Source: a virus (lineage: Duplodnaviria > Heunggongvirae > Uroviricota > Caudoviricetes). Taken from it: a DNA stretch of 64,000 nucleotides. This document shows positions 29,394 to 38,730 of the stretch, one piece after another. Both the position numbers and the translations under genes were made by a program. The notes beneath the pieces are model-generated. The model was given only the letters and a program-made list of their open reading frames with translations, made no database searches and was not told the origin of the DNA. The stretch lies in the IMG/VR virus record IMGVR_UViG_3300021255_002784, positions 24,416 through 88,415 of that record; one strand, written 5' to 3'. Position 1 is the first letter of the stretch. Each line of letters begins with the position of its first letter.

Positions 29394-30701
29394 ATGACAA
29401 TAGTACAACTTTTCAACACAGTAAAGAATACAGCAGGGACAAACGACAAGCTCCTTCTTCTTAAAAACAATATGTCCGATCTGGTAAAAGACATCTTCGA
29501 ACAGACCTACGGAGAACACAAGTTCTATGTGACCAAAGTGGATGTTGAGGTGGTCGGTGATCTCACGATCGAAGATGGATGGGCTGACTACAAACAAGTC
29601 CTTTGGCAGTGTGAGTGCCATCACATCACTGGCAACGAAGCTCGTCTCGCACTACAAACAGAACTCGAGCGTTTCCAGGAAGAAGATCAGAAGATCTTAC
29701 TCAACGTGCTCGCACATAATCTGAAGATCGGTGTATCACGGGACAACTTCCAAAAGATCGCGCCGATCTTTGAGGTATATGAGGTATCTCTCGCAGAACA
29801 ACTTGTGGACACGAAAGGTGTTGATCCGGTAGATGGAACCTATTTCGCATCTCGTAAGTTAGATGGTGTACGCTGTGTGGCATTCGTACATAACTATATG
29901 GTCGGCGACAAATTCGTTCAAGAAATCAAATTCAAGAGCCGCCAGAATAAAGAGTTCACTACATTGAACAATCTTATTGAACCAGTAAAAGAGTTTACGG
30001 CAAAGCTATTGGGTAAGTGGGTTCTGGACGGTGAGGTTTGCATCTTGGACGAGAATGGTGATGAGCATTTTGATTGGGTAATGAAAGAAATCACTCGTAA
30101 GGATCATACTATTGAGAATCCTTGCTATAACATTTTTGACATCCTGAGATTGGAAGAGTTTAATATGTTTGACGAGTCACCACGATTCGAACTTCGATAT
30201 CGGACGCTCTTGGAACTGTTCTATCATTGCGCAGATAAAGAACACATTCATATACTCAAGCAAGAACGACTGACGAGCCAAGAGGACTTCGATCGCTGGT
30301 CCGGATACGTAGCAGAAGGGCATTGGGAGGGATTTATGTTGCGTAAGGACGTTCCGTATCAACGTGGACGCAGCAAGGATCTCTTGAAGGTCAAGAAGTT
30401 CAAGGATGCAGAATACGTAGTGGTAGGTACCTTGAACTCCAAAGTCACCTACAACGAAGACGGACACAAGGAGTTTGATGCTTGCCGGGCTCTGTTGATT
30501 GAGCATAAGGGTAACCAGGTGCAAGTAGGTAGTGGATTATCCAAAGAACAACGACTCCGCTGGTACGATTATCCAGAAGAGATTATAGGTAAGACCATCA
30601 CGGTACAGTACTTCGAAGAGACAAAAGACTCTAAAACGGGTGAGTACTCACTCCGTTTCCCGGTACTCAAATTCATTTATGAAAACGGACGTGACGTCTA
30701 A
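29394..30701 (+). CDS. ATP-dependent DNA ligase
   Basis: nucleotidyltransferase motifs I KLDGVR, III LDGEVCI, IV EGFMLRK, V LLKVKKF in order. Confidence 0.7.
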   Translation: MTIVQLFNTVKNTAGTNDKLLLLKNNMSDLVKDIFEQTYGEHKFYVTKVDVEVVGDLTIEDGWADYKQVLWQCECHHITGNEARLALQTELERFQEEDQKILLNVLAHNLKIGVSRDNFQKIAPIFEVYEVSLAEQLVDTKGVDPVDGTYFASRKLDGVRCVAFVHNYMVGDKFVQEIKFKSRQNKEFTTLNNLIEPVKEFTAKLLGKWVLDGEVCILDENGDEHFDWVMKEITRKDHTIENPCYNIFDILRLEEFNMFDESPRFELRYRTLLELFYHCADKEHIHILKQERLTSQEDFDRWSGYVAEGHWEGFMLRKDVPYQRGRSKDLLKVKKFKDAEYVVVGTLNSKVTYNEDGHKEFDACRALLIEHKGNQVQVGSGLSKEQRLRWYDYPEEIIGKTITVQYFEETKDSKTGEYSLRFPVLKFIYENGRDV

Positions 30702-30750
30702 AGAAGACTCCACTGTCATATATATATTAAAATTATAAAACAACACCTAT

Positions 30751-31239
30751 ATGAGACATCCATACACAACTGTGCACGATTTGAGAGATATCTTAATGAT
30801 TTACAAGGATTGCGATGATTGGCAGATGAAGTTTTGGAACTTCACTGATCAGAACTACCTGGAGTTAAGATACTTGAAGGTCGAATTAGGACTAGAACCA
30901 TCATCGGTGGTATTCGAAGCCTCCACTAAACAGACCGCATCTAACCCAGTACACTTATTCAAGTTGATGCTGACACACATAGACAGGCAAGCCGGTGCTA
31001 TAATGGATCCTCTTTCGGTTGAGAATCTCCGCATCAAGGTCATTAACGTGTCGAACGGTCAACCAATGCATATCTATTTTGTGGGTTCGAGCAAGCCGGA
31101 CAAGAGTGTGAATTGGTGTATAGACTACGATGACATAAACTTCCACAAACTCAAACGCTGGTTCCAATGGAAGAAACTGTATATCAAGTGCAGATTTGAG
31201 TCCACATTCAAACACCTCAAGAAATTCTTTAACAATTAA
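30751..31239 (+). CDS. hypothetical protein (162 aa)
   Basis: ORF. Confidence 0.45.
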   Translation: MRHPYTTVHDLRDILMIYKDCDDWQMKFWNFTDQNYLELRYLKVELGLEPSSVVFEASTKQTASNPVHLFKLMLTHIDRQAGAIMDPLSVENLRIKVINVSNGQPMHIYFVGSSKPDKSVNWCIDYDDINFHKLKRWFQWKKLYIKCRFESTFKHLKKFFNN

Positions 31240-31252
31240 ATTCAAATAACGA

Positions 31253-32755
31253 ATGGTAAACATTTCATTTATTATCGGAGGTGCGGTTTTGACACTCCTC
31301 GTTCTGATTCTGTGTCTTTCGTATGTGAAGGCAAGTCCTAACATGGCATTGGTAATCTCGGGTTGGCCATTGAAGAATCCTAAGTTCCTTAAAGGCACAG
31401 GTGGCCTTCGCATCCCAGGATTACAAAAAGTAGATGGTCTGTATCTCGGACAATTCTCTGTGGATATCAAAGCGTCATCTATCCCTACGAAGGACTTCAT
31501 CAACGTGAATGTCGACGCAGTGGCGAAGATTTGTGTCGACCAAGAACTTATTGCGACAGCAGCAACTAACTTCCTGAACTTCAGTCCTCAAGACATTGCA
31601 CGAAACATTCAAGAGTCATTGGAAGGTAACATGCGTGAGATTGTTGGTACACAGGAGCTCAAACAGTTGAACCTGGACCGAGATGGATTCTCCGACCAGA
31701 TCCGTAACAAGGCCGAGAAGGACATGCAACAGTTAGGTCTCCACATTCTTACCTGTAACATCCAGAACATCACTGATGAAAAAGGGCTTATTCAGGACCT
31801 AGGTGCAGACAACACTTACATGATTAAGAAGAACGCCTCCATCAACAAAGCTAATGCGGAACGCGATGTCGCTATTGCCGAAGCAAAAGCAAAGAAAGAG
31901 GCCAACGATGCCCGAGTAGCATCCGAGACGGAGATCGCTCAACGTAATACCGAGTTGGCAGTCAAACAGGCGGAACTGAAGCGTCAAGCGGATACCCAAA
32001 AGGCAATGGCCGATGCAGCTTACAAGATCCAGGAGCAAGAACAGGCCAAAGAGATTAACGTCAAGACAGTTGAGGCACAAGCAGCTAAGACGATCCGTAT
32101 CAACGAGCGCCAAAAGGAAATCAACCGTCTCGAGGTAGAGGCAAAGGTCGAGAAGGCCAAACAAGAGCAAGCCTTGAAAGAGCAAGAGATTGCTATTCAG
32201 GAGAAGACATTGGCTGCACAAGTCAACAAACAAGCCGATGCAGATAAGTACCAGAAAGAGGTCAATGCCGCCGCCGAATTGGAGCAACGTAAACGTAAGG
32301 CAGAAGCCGAGCGTTATGAGGCAGAACAGAAAGCACTGGCTGTCAAAGCCAAGGCGGAAGCGGATCTCTATGCGCGCCAGCAAGAAGCCGCAGGTATCAA
32401 GGCTGTAGGTGAGGCAGAAGCAGCTGCCATCTTGGCTAAGGGAGAGGCAGAAGCCAAAGCAATGGACAAGAAAGCAGAGGCGTACAAGAAGTACGGACAC
32501 GCCGCACTCGCACAAATGGTTGTGGACAAGCTCCCTGAGGTAGCCGCATCAGTCGCAGAACCACTCAAGTCTATCAAGGACGTTCACGTCTATGGCACGA
32601 ACGGTAGTGAGGTATCAGGTATCTCAGGCAACGTTCCGGTGCTGGTGAAACAGTCGATGGATGTGATGGAACAGGCTACCGGTGTAAACCTCGGAAAGAT
32701 TATGGAAGAGAACTCCAAAGTGATCTCTGCAGGAGCCAAAGTGGAAGGTAAGTAA
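31253..32755 (+). CDS. SPFH/band-7 (flotillin-like) membrane protein with long Ala/Lys/Glu-rich coiled-coil
   Basis: N-terminal TM helix, SPFH-like core (ALVISGWPL...GLRIPGLQKVDGLYLGQFSVDIK...), then ~250 aa of AEAKAKKEA-type heptad repeats (flotillin/YqiK architecture). Confidence 0.6.
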   Translation: MVNISFIIGGAVLTLLVLILCLSYVKASPNMALVISGWPLKNPKFLKGTGGLRIPGLQKVDGLYLGQFSVDIKASSIPTKDFINVNVDAVAKICVDQELIATAATNFLNFSPQDIARNIQESLEGNMREIVGTQELKQLNLDRDGFSDQIRNKAEKDMQQLGLHILTCNIQNITDEKGLIQDLGADNTYMIKKNASINKANAERDVAIAEAKAKKEANDARVASETEIAQRNTELAVKQAELKRQADTQKAMADAAYKIQEQEQAKEINVKTVEAQAAKTIRINERQKEINRLEVEAKVEKAKQEQALKEQEIAIQEKTLAAQVNKQADADKYQKEVNAAAELEQRKRKAEAERYEAEQKALAVKAKAEADLYARQQEAAGIKAVGEAEAAAILAKGEAEAKAMDKKAEAYKKYGHAALAQMVVDKLPEVAASVAEPLKSIKDVHVYGTNGSEVSGISGNVPVLVKQSMDVMEQATGVNLGKIMEENSKVISAGAKVEGK

Positions 32756-32820
32756 TATACCGATTCACGAAAAAGAAAGGACTTAGGTAAATAACCTGGG
32801 TCCTTTTTATATATTTATCT

Positions 32821-33120
32821 ATGAAAGATGCAATTATGAAAAGTCCGCACCAATTACATACATATGGTTGGACTGAGGTAACGATGGAAGACTTAAGAAA
32901 AGGAAAATATTGTGAAGGTGTTTTCTATGGATGGCAAATGCACACACATGATATTGGAAATGTATATCATGATATGGAAACATGGAATTATCCAGATAAA
33001 CAAATCGAAAAGAAGATTGAAGACAATAAACAATACAAAGTATGGGCTGATTATCGCAGTGCAGCGGATCCATTGGATTCGTCTCGCACATATACAATAA
33101 TTTATATAGAGGAGGTTTAA
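32821..33120 (+). CDS. hypothetical protein (99 aa)
   Basis: ORF. Confidence 0.4.
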   Translation: MKDAIMKSPHQLHTYGWTEVTMEDLRKGKYCEGVFYGWQMHTHDIGNVYHDMETWNYPDKQIEKKIEDNKQYKVWADYRSAADPLDSSRTYTIIYIEEV

Positions 33121-33123
33121 TTT

Positions 33124-33372
33124 ATGAGTAGATATAGAATAGTCATGAAGAAAACGGTTTGGCGAGAGCCCAATCCTAACGAACCCTATTCATTTATACA
33201 ACACTGTTATATTGGTTTCATACCACAAAAACGCTTTCTCGGTTTTCTTTGGCGTAGTATGATTGAAAATATTTCCGATATCAGTGGTTATGAGACTGAA
33301 GAAGAAGCTCGATCTGTAATTATGAAAGATATGATTGAAAAAAACGAACAAACAGTAATATGTGAATATTAA
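33124..33372 (+). CDS. hypothetical protein (82 aa), paralog of the next gene
   Basis: shares (K)YRIV..T.W.EP...QKRFLGFLW...E...A with 33381..33629. Confidence 0.45.
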   Translation: MSRYRIVMKKTVWREPNPNEPYSFIQHCYIGFIPQKRFLGFLWRSMIENISDISGYETEEEARSVIMKDMIEKNEQTVICEY

Positions 33373-33380
33373 AACAGCTT

Positions 33381-33629
33381 ATGAAAAAGTACAGAATAGT
33401 AAAACACACAACTGAATGGATTGAGCCGGCACAATACGGAGCGGGTATTAGATACAATCGCACATCATATGAAGTACAGAAACGATTTCTGGGATTCCTT
33501 TGGTGGTACAATCCTTTTGACATTGATGGAATGGCCACCGGACAATACGATACTCTACTCGAGGCGCAAGCCGTTGTAAATAGGATCAATGCAAAAACAA
33601 AAGATGGAGTAATCGGCGAATATGAATAA
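33381..33629 (+). CDS. hypothetical protein (82 aa), tandem paralog of 33124..33372
   Basis: see the paralog entry above. Confidence 0.45.
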   Translation: MKKYRIVKHTTEWIEPAQYGAGIRYNRTSYEVQKRFLGFLWWYNPFDIDGMATGQYDTLLEAQAVVNRINAKTKDGVIGEYE

Positions 33630-33846
33630 TGAAACAAGAAAGCCTAGAACTGCTACTAACAGACACTGGAATGTATGGTTAGAAGATCACAATCATAAAA
33701 ACGAATGCGATTATTTCGATGGATTCACTGACAACGGTCATCCCATGACTGAATGTAATGCTCCTTGGAGTGATAAATGTAATGGTAATGTGTTTGAATG
33801 CGTAAAATTAAAATACAAATACTTCGCGTATAACAAAAACAAATGA
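33622..33846 (+). CDS. hypothetical protein (74 aa)
   Basis: ORF. Confidence 0.35.
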   Translation: MNNETRKPRTATNRHWNVWLEDHNHKNECDYFDGFTDNGHPMTECNAPWSDKCNGNVFECVKLKYKYFAYNKNK

Positions 33847-33910
33847 CCGTACCAATATATTTATATATCTTAATATCGATCGTTGATTAAACTCAAAATA
33901 AACTCGGTTT

Positions 33911-34168
33911 TTGCGAGATTATTCAAGCGCCTTTCTATATTATATACACATGACAAGTATAACGATATTAAGAAAGCCTGGATTTATATTGAATCCTGAT
34001 GATAGAACAGTTAACTCTATCTTTAGATTACTGAATAAGAATAACGGTCATTGTCCATGCAACAATCCTGATAAGGGTACAGATAATGATATATGTCCAT
34101 GTCGTAGTTATAGAGAAGGCAATCATTGTTGCTGTACACTGTATGTACCTTGTCCACAACAGAAATGA
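33911..34168 (+). CDS. hypothetical Cys-rich protein (85 aa)
   Basis: CPCNNP...CPCRSY...HCCCTLYVPC cluster. Confidence 0.35.
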   Translation: MRDYSSAFLYYIHMTSITILRKPGFILNPDDRTVNSIFRLLNKNNGHCPCNNPDKGTDNDICPCRSYREGNHCCCTLYVPCPQQK

Positions 34169-34174
34169 TATGTT

Positions 34175-34453
34175 ATGATAGATATGAGTATAATAGACGA
34201 GAATGAGATTGATGTAGTTACCCTACAAAAAGAGTTGAACGAACTGCACAAAGAAAACCAAAGTCTTCGACAGGAAAATGTTCGATTGAAAGCCAAGGAG
34301 AATCTTTTTGAACTATGGTCGCAAGATATAGATAACTTGTATCTTATAATATGTGGAGAGGATGCCGAAGAGAACGAACACATCAAGATGATGAAGATGA
34401 TAAACCTGTTTTCCACTAAAAAAGGTAAACTGCTCCTTAAATTTCTGACATAA
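34175..34453 (+). CDS. hypothetical protein (92 aa), coiled-coil
   Basis: ORF. Confidence 0.4.
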   Translation: MIDMSIIDENEIDVVTLQKELNELHKENQSLRQENVRLKAKENLFELWSQDIDNLYLIICGEDAEENEHIKMMKMINLFSTKKGKLLLKFLT

Positions 34454-34680
34454 CCTTTATATATTAGTTAAAATTTAGAACAACCTGTTTATTATAGTAT
34501 TGATATGACACGATTACAACCCAGCAATATTATGAAACAACATGATGCACGTCCAAATTTCTTGGGCTGGTATCCATGTGCTTTTTAACATATTGCGGCT
34601 TGTAAGTCACATCGATACATACACGCAACCACAACTACCAAGATACAAGCCGCAATCTAATGATTGGGGCTTTTTTATTT

Positions 34681-34766
34681 ACCGCAATGGCGGAATTGGT
34701 AGACGCACCAGACTTAAAATCTGATGGACCAAAAGGTCCGTGTGGGTTCGAGTCCCACTTGCGGCA
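34681..34766 (+). tRNA. tRNA-Leu (anticodon TAA), type II
   Basis: cloverleaf: TG + GCG/CGC D-stem, anticodon loop CTTAAAA, variable arm hairpin, GTGGG-TTCGAGT-CCCAC T-arm; A1.C72 mismatch. Confidence 0.7.
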
Positions 34767-35126
34767 CAGTGTAAAAAAATTAAAAAAAAATATAAAGATC
34801 ACTAAAATTTAGAAAAGTTTTCTTATATATTATTGTAGAAGGACAGAAGCAAAAGTTCTAATACAAAACGATCTTTGACATATTGGAAATAGCAAAAAAG
34901 AAACTACATTGCTAAGGAAGGATAGTAAAACTATCCTGACAAAGCAATCGCAATACAAACAGGCGTAACGCTACTGTTTCTCGTGAGAGTTCAGTTACGA
35001 AAGGATGGGTCGAAAGACTTTCTTATCACATCCCGGACCACTTAGATCGATGAGGTGGACATTACGTAACGCTTTGACACAACGAGCGTATTTCTAGAAA
35101 TAGAATTTTGGAGTTGAGTTATCAAT

Positions 35127-35201
35127 AGGGTAGTGGCTCAGTCCGGTTAGAGCACTTGATTTGGGATCAAGGGGTCGCAGGTTCGAATCCTGTCTACCCT
35201 A
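35127..35201 (+). tRNA. tRNA-Pro (TGG)
   Basis: canonical cloverleaf, anticodon loop TTTGGGA. Confidence 0.85.
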
Positions 35202-35367
35202 CATACAGTTTGACATTGCGACGAAGAGCAAATCACGCAAAGTTACTTGAACAGTTCGGTGGCAGATATTGGAGATATATTGGTGAGACGGACGAAGACC
35301 AAGAAGGATGGTGATCGTAGCGCTTGAAATAACTCTAACGTATGGTAATGAGAATGTCAATCTTTTA

Positions 35368-35439
35368 GGGGAGTTAGCTCAATGGTAGAGCAATTGGCCG
35401 TTAACCAATAGGTTGTAGGTTCGAATCCTGCACTCCCCG
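35368..35439 (+). tRNA. tRNA-Asn (GTT)
   Basis: canonical cloverleaf, loop CCGTTAA. Confidence 0.85.
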
Positions 35440-35598
35440 CAAGTGGCGGGCGATTGATAGTTCTTACCGTCCAAGTTATAAGAACTATACAAAGAGCGAA
35501 ACGCAGGAGGCTCCATGAGAGGTGACTTTAAGCAAGACTCTCAAATCCAAAAACTTTATCTCGTAGAAGTTCCGGACACGGTTTTCATATGAGAGGTA

Positions 35599-35675
35599 CG
35601 TCTTTAAGCTTTGCACGGAGTGAAGTAGTATTGGGCTCTGTCCGGTAGAACGAGGTTCGAATCCTTGAAAGACGG
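35599..35675 (+). tRNA. tRNA-like element, possibly Arg (TCT), non-canonical
   Basis: 7-bp acceptor CGTCTTT/AAAGACG, good T-arm (CGAGG-TTCGAAT-CCTTG), D-stem GCTT/AAGT, anticodon arm with two G.U pairs and loop GCTCTGT (C33, G37). Confidence 0.35.
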
Positions 35676-35684
35676 CAATCGTAT

Positions 35685-35757
35685 TGGGAGATCTTCTAAA
35701 CGGTTAGGAAATCGGTCTGATACACCGGCAATCCGAGTTCGAGTCTCGGCCTCCCAA
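35685..35757 (+). tRNA. tRNA-Ile (GAT)
   Basis: cloverleaf, loop CTGATAC; A7.C66 mismatch. Confidence 0.75.
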
Positions 35758-35774
35758 CATAGTAAATACACTAA

Positions 35775-35847
35775 TGCCCTCTAGTATATCGAATTAGTAC
35801 ATCAGATTTTGATTCTGAGGGGCGAGGTTTGACTCCTCGGAGGGCAA
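35775..35847 (+). tRNA. tRNA-Gln (TTG)
   Basis: cloverleaf, loop TTTTGAT, U1-A72 pair typical of Gln; D-loop lacks GG. Confidence 0.75.
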
Positions 35848-36180
35848 CTTACAAATAAAACAATTTATGTGCAGCGCCTGACGACACATATCTTAGGAAT
35901 TGTAGGAACAACAATTTGGCAAATGTTGGGCACGGATAGTTGAAGGAAAACAACTTAAATAAACCAGAGTGCAGCGCCGAATGTGCCGTTGGGGATGGGG
36001 ACACACCTCTATAAATGAACAAAATGAATTATCTCCACCAACAAATCAACATGTCATTACGAACCAGCATAAGGTACGTACAATGTTCGTTTCTGAAAAG
36101 ATATAGGACTCTCAAAAAGACCAAGCTCCAGTTTGGCCACTGACTTGGGTGAGGAGAGGAAAATGAATGTTGATTTATAT

Positions 36181-36251
36181 TGCCTTTTGGTGTAATGGCA
36201 GCACATAGGGTTCTGGTCCCTAGAATCCGGGTTCGAGTCCTGGAGAGGCAA
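36181..36251 (+). tRNA. tRNA-Gln (CTG)
   Basis: cloverleaf, loop TTCTGGT, U1-A72. Confidence 0.75.
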
Positions 36252-36371
36252 CAAAAGCAATAAGTTGATGGTTCAAATCCATCTCGCGCGGAAGCGTTCA
36301 GTCAGACTTCCAAGTGATAGTTGGCCTGAAATTGGTCTTCGAAGATAAATGGTGTAAAACGTATTGCTCAC

Positions 36372-36455
36372 GGGAGAGCGCCAACGATGGTGAGTTGGGA
36401 TGGACTGTAAATCCATTGTCTTTTGACTCAGGGGGTTCGAATCCCTCCTCTCCCA
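36372..36455 (+). tRNA. tRNA-Tyr (GTA), type II
   Basis: loop CTGTAAA, long variable arm. Confidence 0.8.
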
Positions 36456-36483
36456 CATATGAAGATACTGGAATAAAATATAT

Positions 36484-36559
36484 ACCTCGGTAGGCAAATG
36501 TTGGTAAAGCCGATAGACTTAGGATCTGTTGTTTGTGGGTTCGAATCCCACTCGGGGTA
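36484..36559 (+). tRNA. tRNA with anticodon TAG (Leu by the code) but a type-I (short variable arm) structure
   Basis: acceptor ACCTCGG/TCGGGGT with two G.U pairs, loop CTTAGGA, 5-nt variable region, A73. Confidence 0.55.
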
Positions 36560-36582
36560 CAACAGATGAAATAGTATTGCAA

Positions 36583-36657
36583 GACTCCGTAGCTCAGTTG
36601 GATGAGAGCAACGCACTTTTAATGCGTGGGTCCTGGGTTCAAGTCCCAGCGGGGTCA
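36583..36657 (+). tRNA. tRNA-Lys (TTT)
   Basis: canonical, loop CTTTTAA. Confidence 0.85.
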
Positions 36658-36869
36658 CAATTATAACTAAAGTTAGAGGAAGAAGTCTTTTAGTTGTTCT
36701 CAGGAGAACGGCGGTTCGTTGAGGTACTGGGTCTGATAATGAAAAGGTTCCTCGTCAAAGGTTTAGGTCATAACCTTAGGATAATAACCCATAACTACTT
36801 TGAATGACCAGAGACTGTTATGGCAAAGGGGTCTTGACTAAAAGAGCGCATCACAAATCTAACTTATTT

Positions 36870-36942
36870 GGACCGGTAGCTCAGTTGGTAGAGCGCAGGC
36901 CTGAAGAGCCTGGCGTCGGCGGTTCGATCCCGTCCTGGTCCG
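36870..36942 (+). tRNA. tRNA-Phe (GAA)
   Basis: canonical, loop CTGAAGA. Confidence 0.85.
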
Positions 36943-36975
36943 CAATGAATAATGTGGCAGAGTGAAACGGATACG

Positions 36976-37051
36976 AGCTTTGTAATTATTGCTCAGAAAT
37001 CATTGGGGGCCCATAACCCACAGATAGCAGGTTCGACTCCTGCAGCCGCAA
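36976..37051 (+). tRNA. degenerate tRNA-like element (Met-like anticodon loop CCCATAA; no matching 5' acceptor)
   Basis: good T-arm GCAGG-TTCGACT-CCTGC and anticodon-like hairpin, but no complementary 5' acceptor or D-stem found. Confidence 0.25.
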
Positions 37052-37071
37052 CAAAATAAAAATATATAAAT

Positions 37072-37145
37072 GGTGTCATAGTTCAGCTGATTAGAATGCC
37101 TGACTGTCGATCAGGAGGTCGCGGGTTTGAGTCCCGCTGGCACCG
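37072..37145 (+). tRNA. tRNA-Asp (GTC)
   Basis: canonical, loop CTGTCGA. Confidence 0.85.
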
Positions 37146-37155
37146 CTAATATATG

Positions 37156-37227
37156 GGCCATGTAGTGTAACGGCTAGCACTTCACATTTGCAATGTGACG
37201 GAGGGGTTCGAATCCCACATGTGTCCA
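37156..37227 (+). tRNA. tRNA-Ala (TGC)-like element with defective T-stem/acceptor; ends in TCCA
   Basis: perfect anticodon arm TCACA-TTTGCAA-TGTGA, D-arm GTGT/GCAC, but T-stem and acceptor pairing are poor. Confidence 0.3.
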
Positions 37228-37237
37228 CAAACATCAT

Positions 37238-37319
37238 ACCCTGGTGGCGGAATTGGTAGACGCGCTTGACTCAAAATCAGGTCCGAAAGGGTGTGTGGGT
37301 TCGAGTCCTACCTAGGGTA
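37238..37319 (+). tRNA. tRNA-Leu (CAA), type II
   Basis: TG + GCG D-stem, loop CTCAAAA, variable hairpin, GTGGG-TTCGAGT-CCTAC. Confidence 0.8.
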
Positions 37320-37338
37320 CACGTAAAATAATATAAGT

Positions 37339-37662
37339 ATGAGAAAAATTATCAATGCGTTCGCAGTCTTGTTTATATTGATTGGATTAAATGCATGTCA
37401 GGTACAGAAAATCAATCCAAAATGGACACAGGATCCGCGAGTAGAAGTAGTAAATGAACAGACAGTCATATTCCGGGATGTGATTAGGATTGAAATTATT
37501 TCAAACAATCCAGCGCAAATCACATACGTTTACGATTTGAAACATGGTAGACCGGTCAAGACAGCACGAAGTTCATTTGAAGTAAACGTAAAACACGGCG
37601 ACTATCTTATTCAGTCGAATCGCAAAATCACCAAAACACAGTACGAGGTCGTTATTGAATGA
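37339..37662 (+). CDS. small secreted/lipoprotein-like protein (107 aa) embedded in the tRNA array
   Basis: signal-peptide-like N-terminus MRKIINAFAVLFILIGLNAC (lipobox-like LNAC). Confidence 0.4.
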   Translation: MRKIINAFAVLFILIGLNACQVQKINPKWTQDPRVEVVNEQTVIFRDVIRIEIISNNPAQITYVYDLKHGRPVKTARSSFEVNVKHGDYLIQSNRKITKTQYEVVIE

Positions 37663-37901
37663 CCTCTGCTCATGAGGCTATTATCACAATTGGTTAATAT
37701 GGTGGGTTCGAATCCCTCTAGTCCCACAACCGGTAAAAAGACATATGTCTAGCGCAAAGCCGAGTGTCCTGCGCGATATAAAAAGGACTGCCAAGTCATC
37801 TTGAGGAGCTATAGATGAGCTACACGCTGTTGTGGTAAGTGAACAGAAAAGCTTTAGGGGTTTCAAAATTTGTAAATCTTTGTGTTGATGAGAAGCAACT
37901 A

Positions 37902-37971
37902 GTCTCGGTAGCTCAGTTGGTTAGAGCTCTCCGCGGAGGAGAGGTCGCTGGTTCAAGTCCAGTCTGAGACG
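37902..37971 (+). tRNA. tRNA-like gene with truncated anticodon arm (70 nt; possible anticodon CGG)
   Basis: perfect acceptor, D-arm (GCTC-AGTTGGTTA-GAGC) and T-arm, but only 19 nt between D and T arms (CTCTCC-GCGGA-GGAGAG, 5-nt loop). Confidence 0.4.
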
Positions 37972-37975
37972 ATGT

Positions 37976-38048
37976 GCCCGGATAGCTCAGTTGGTAGAGC
38001 AACTGATTTGTAATCAGTCGGTCGTCAGTTCGAGTCTGACCCCGGGCT
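37976..38048 (+). tRNA. tRNA-Thr (TGT)
   Basis: canonical, loop TTTGTAA; A7.C66. Confidence 0.8.
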
Positions 38049-38141
38049 CGCATGCATTTCCAGGATTCAATTGGAATCGAATTTCATATTTGGCGGGTGA
38101 CTAAAATTGATTATGGTGTTAATACTGGCAGAACACCCCAT

Positions 38142-38215
38142 GCAGGAATAGCTCAGTTGGCCAGAGCGGGACCTTGCCAAGGTTCAGGTCGCGAGTTCGA
38201 GTCTCGTTTCCTGCT
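38142..38215 (+). tRNA. tRNA-Gly (GCC)
   Basis: canonical, loop TTGCCAA. Confidence 0.85.
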
Positions 38216-38430
38216 CCAGGATATAGCCCAGATACGGGTCTGATGAAGACATTCGTTAGTAGTTGCGGGACGCCAATACGAAACAGTTTGTTGGATTCTA
38301 AAACATGAAGTTTATGGAGACTGTGGTGGTTGCAAACTCCGCAGTGGAAATGATGATGTATGTAAATAGAGTGCTCCCTGTGGAGGGGAGAGGTCGAAGA
38401 ATAACCCGTAAAAACTTCTGTCCTGACCAT

Positions 38431-38502
38431 GACCAATGAGTCCAGGCGGTTAGGCACCAATCTGCAAAATTGGGTAGCGGGGTTCAACTCCCTGATTGGT
38501 CA
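38431..38502 (+). tRNA. tRNA-Cys (GCA)
   Basis: loop CTGCAAA, T-loop TTCAACT. Confidence 0.75.
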
Positions 38503-38730
38503 CAAAATGGGTTCAAGCTGTACATAGGACCCTCCGGTAATTCCAGGTATGTATGTTTAGACCGGACGCTCGGGAGCTTATAGTCCTGCGATAGTGCGAC
38601 TAAATTACGGGACATGGTGTACGGTGCATATCTAGGGGGCTAGAAGGTGAGGGGTAAATAATGCTAGTTGCGAATAACCTCTTTATCAGCAATGGTACAG
38701 GTTCGACTCCTGATGTCTCGACAAATATAT

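Noticed and set aside
31799-32515. 238-aa minus-strand ORF antisense to the SPFH gene
   Set aside because: Artefact of the repetitive GC-rich AEAKAK-coding sequence on the + strand; the translated product is low-complexity Leu/Cys-rich with no start context.
36273-36658. Minus-strand ORFs of 74-94 aa across 36.27-36.66 kb
   Set aside because: They overlap the tRNA-Gln, Tyr, Leu and Lys genes; these are translations of tRNA sequence.
37700-37730. Possible minus-strand tRNA
   Set aside because: The reverse complement of the GGTTCGAATCC T-arm gives ATTCGAA, which is not a valid T-loop; all tRNA-like signals are + strand.
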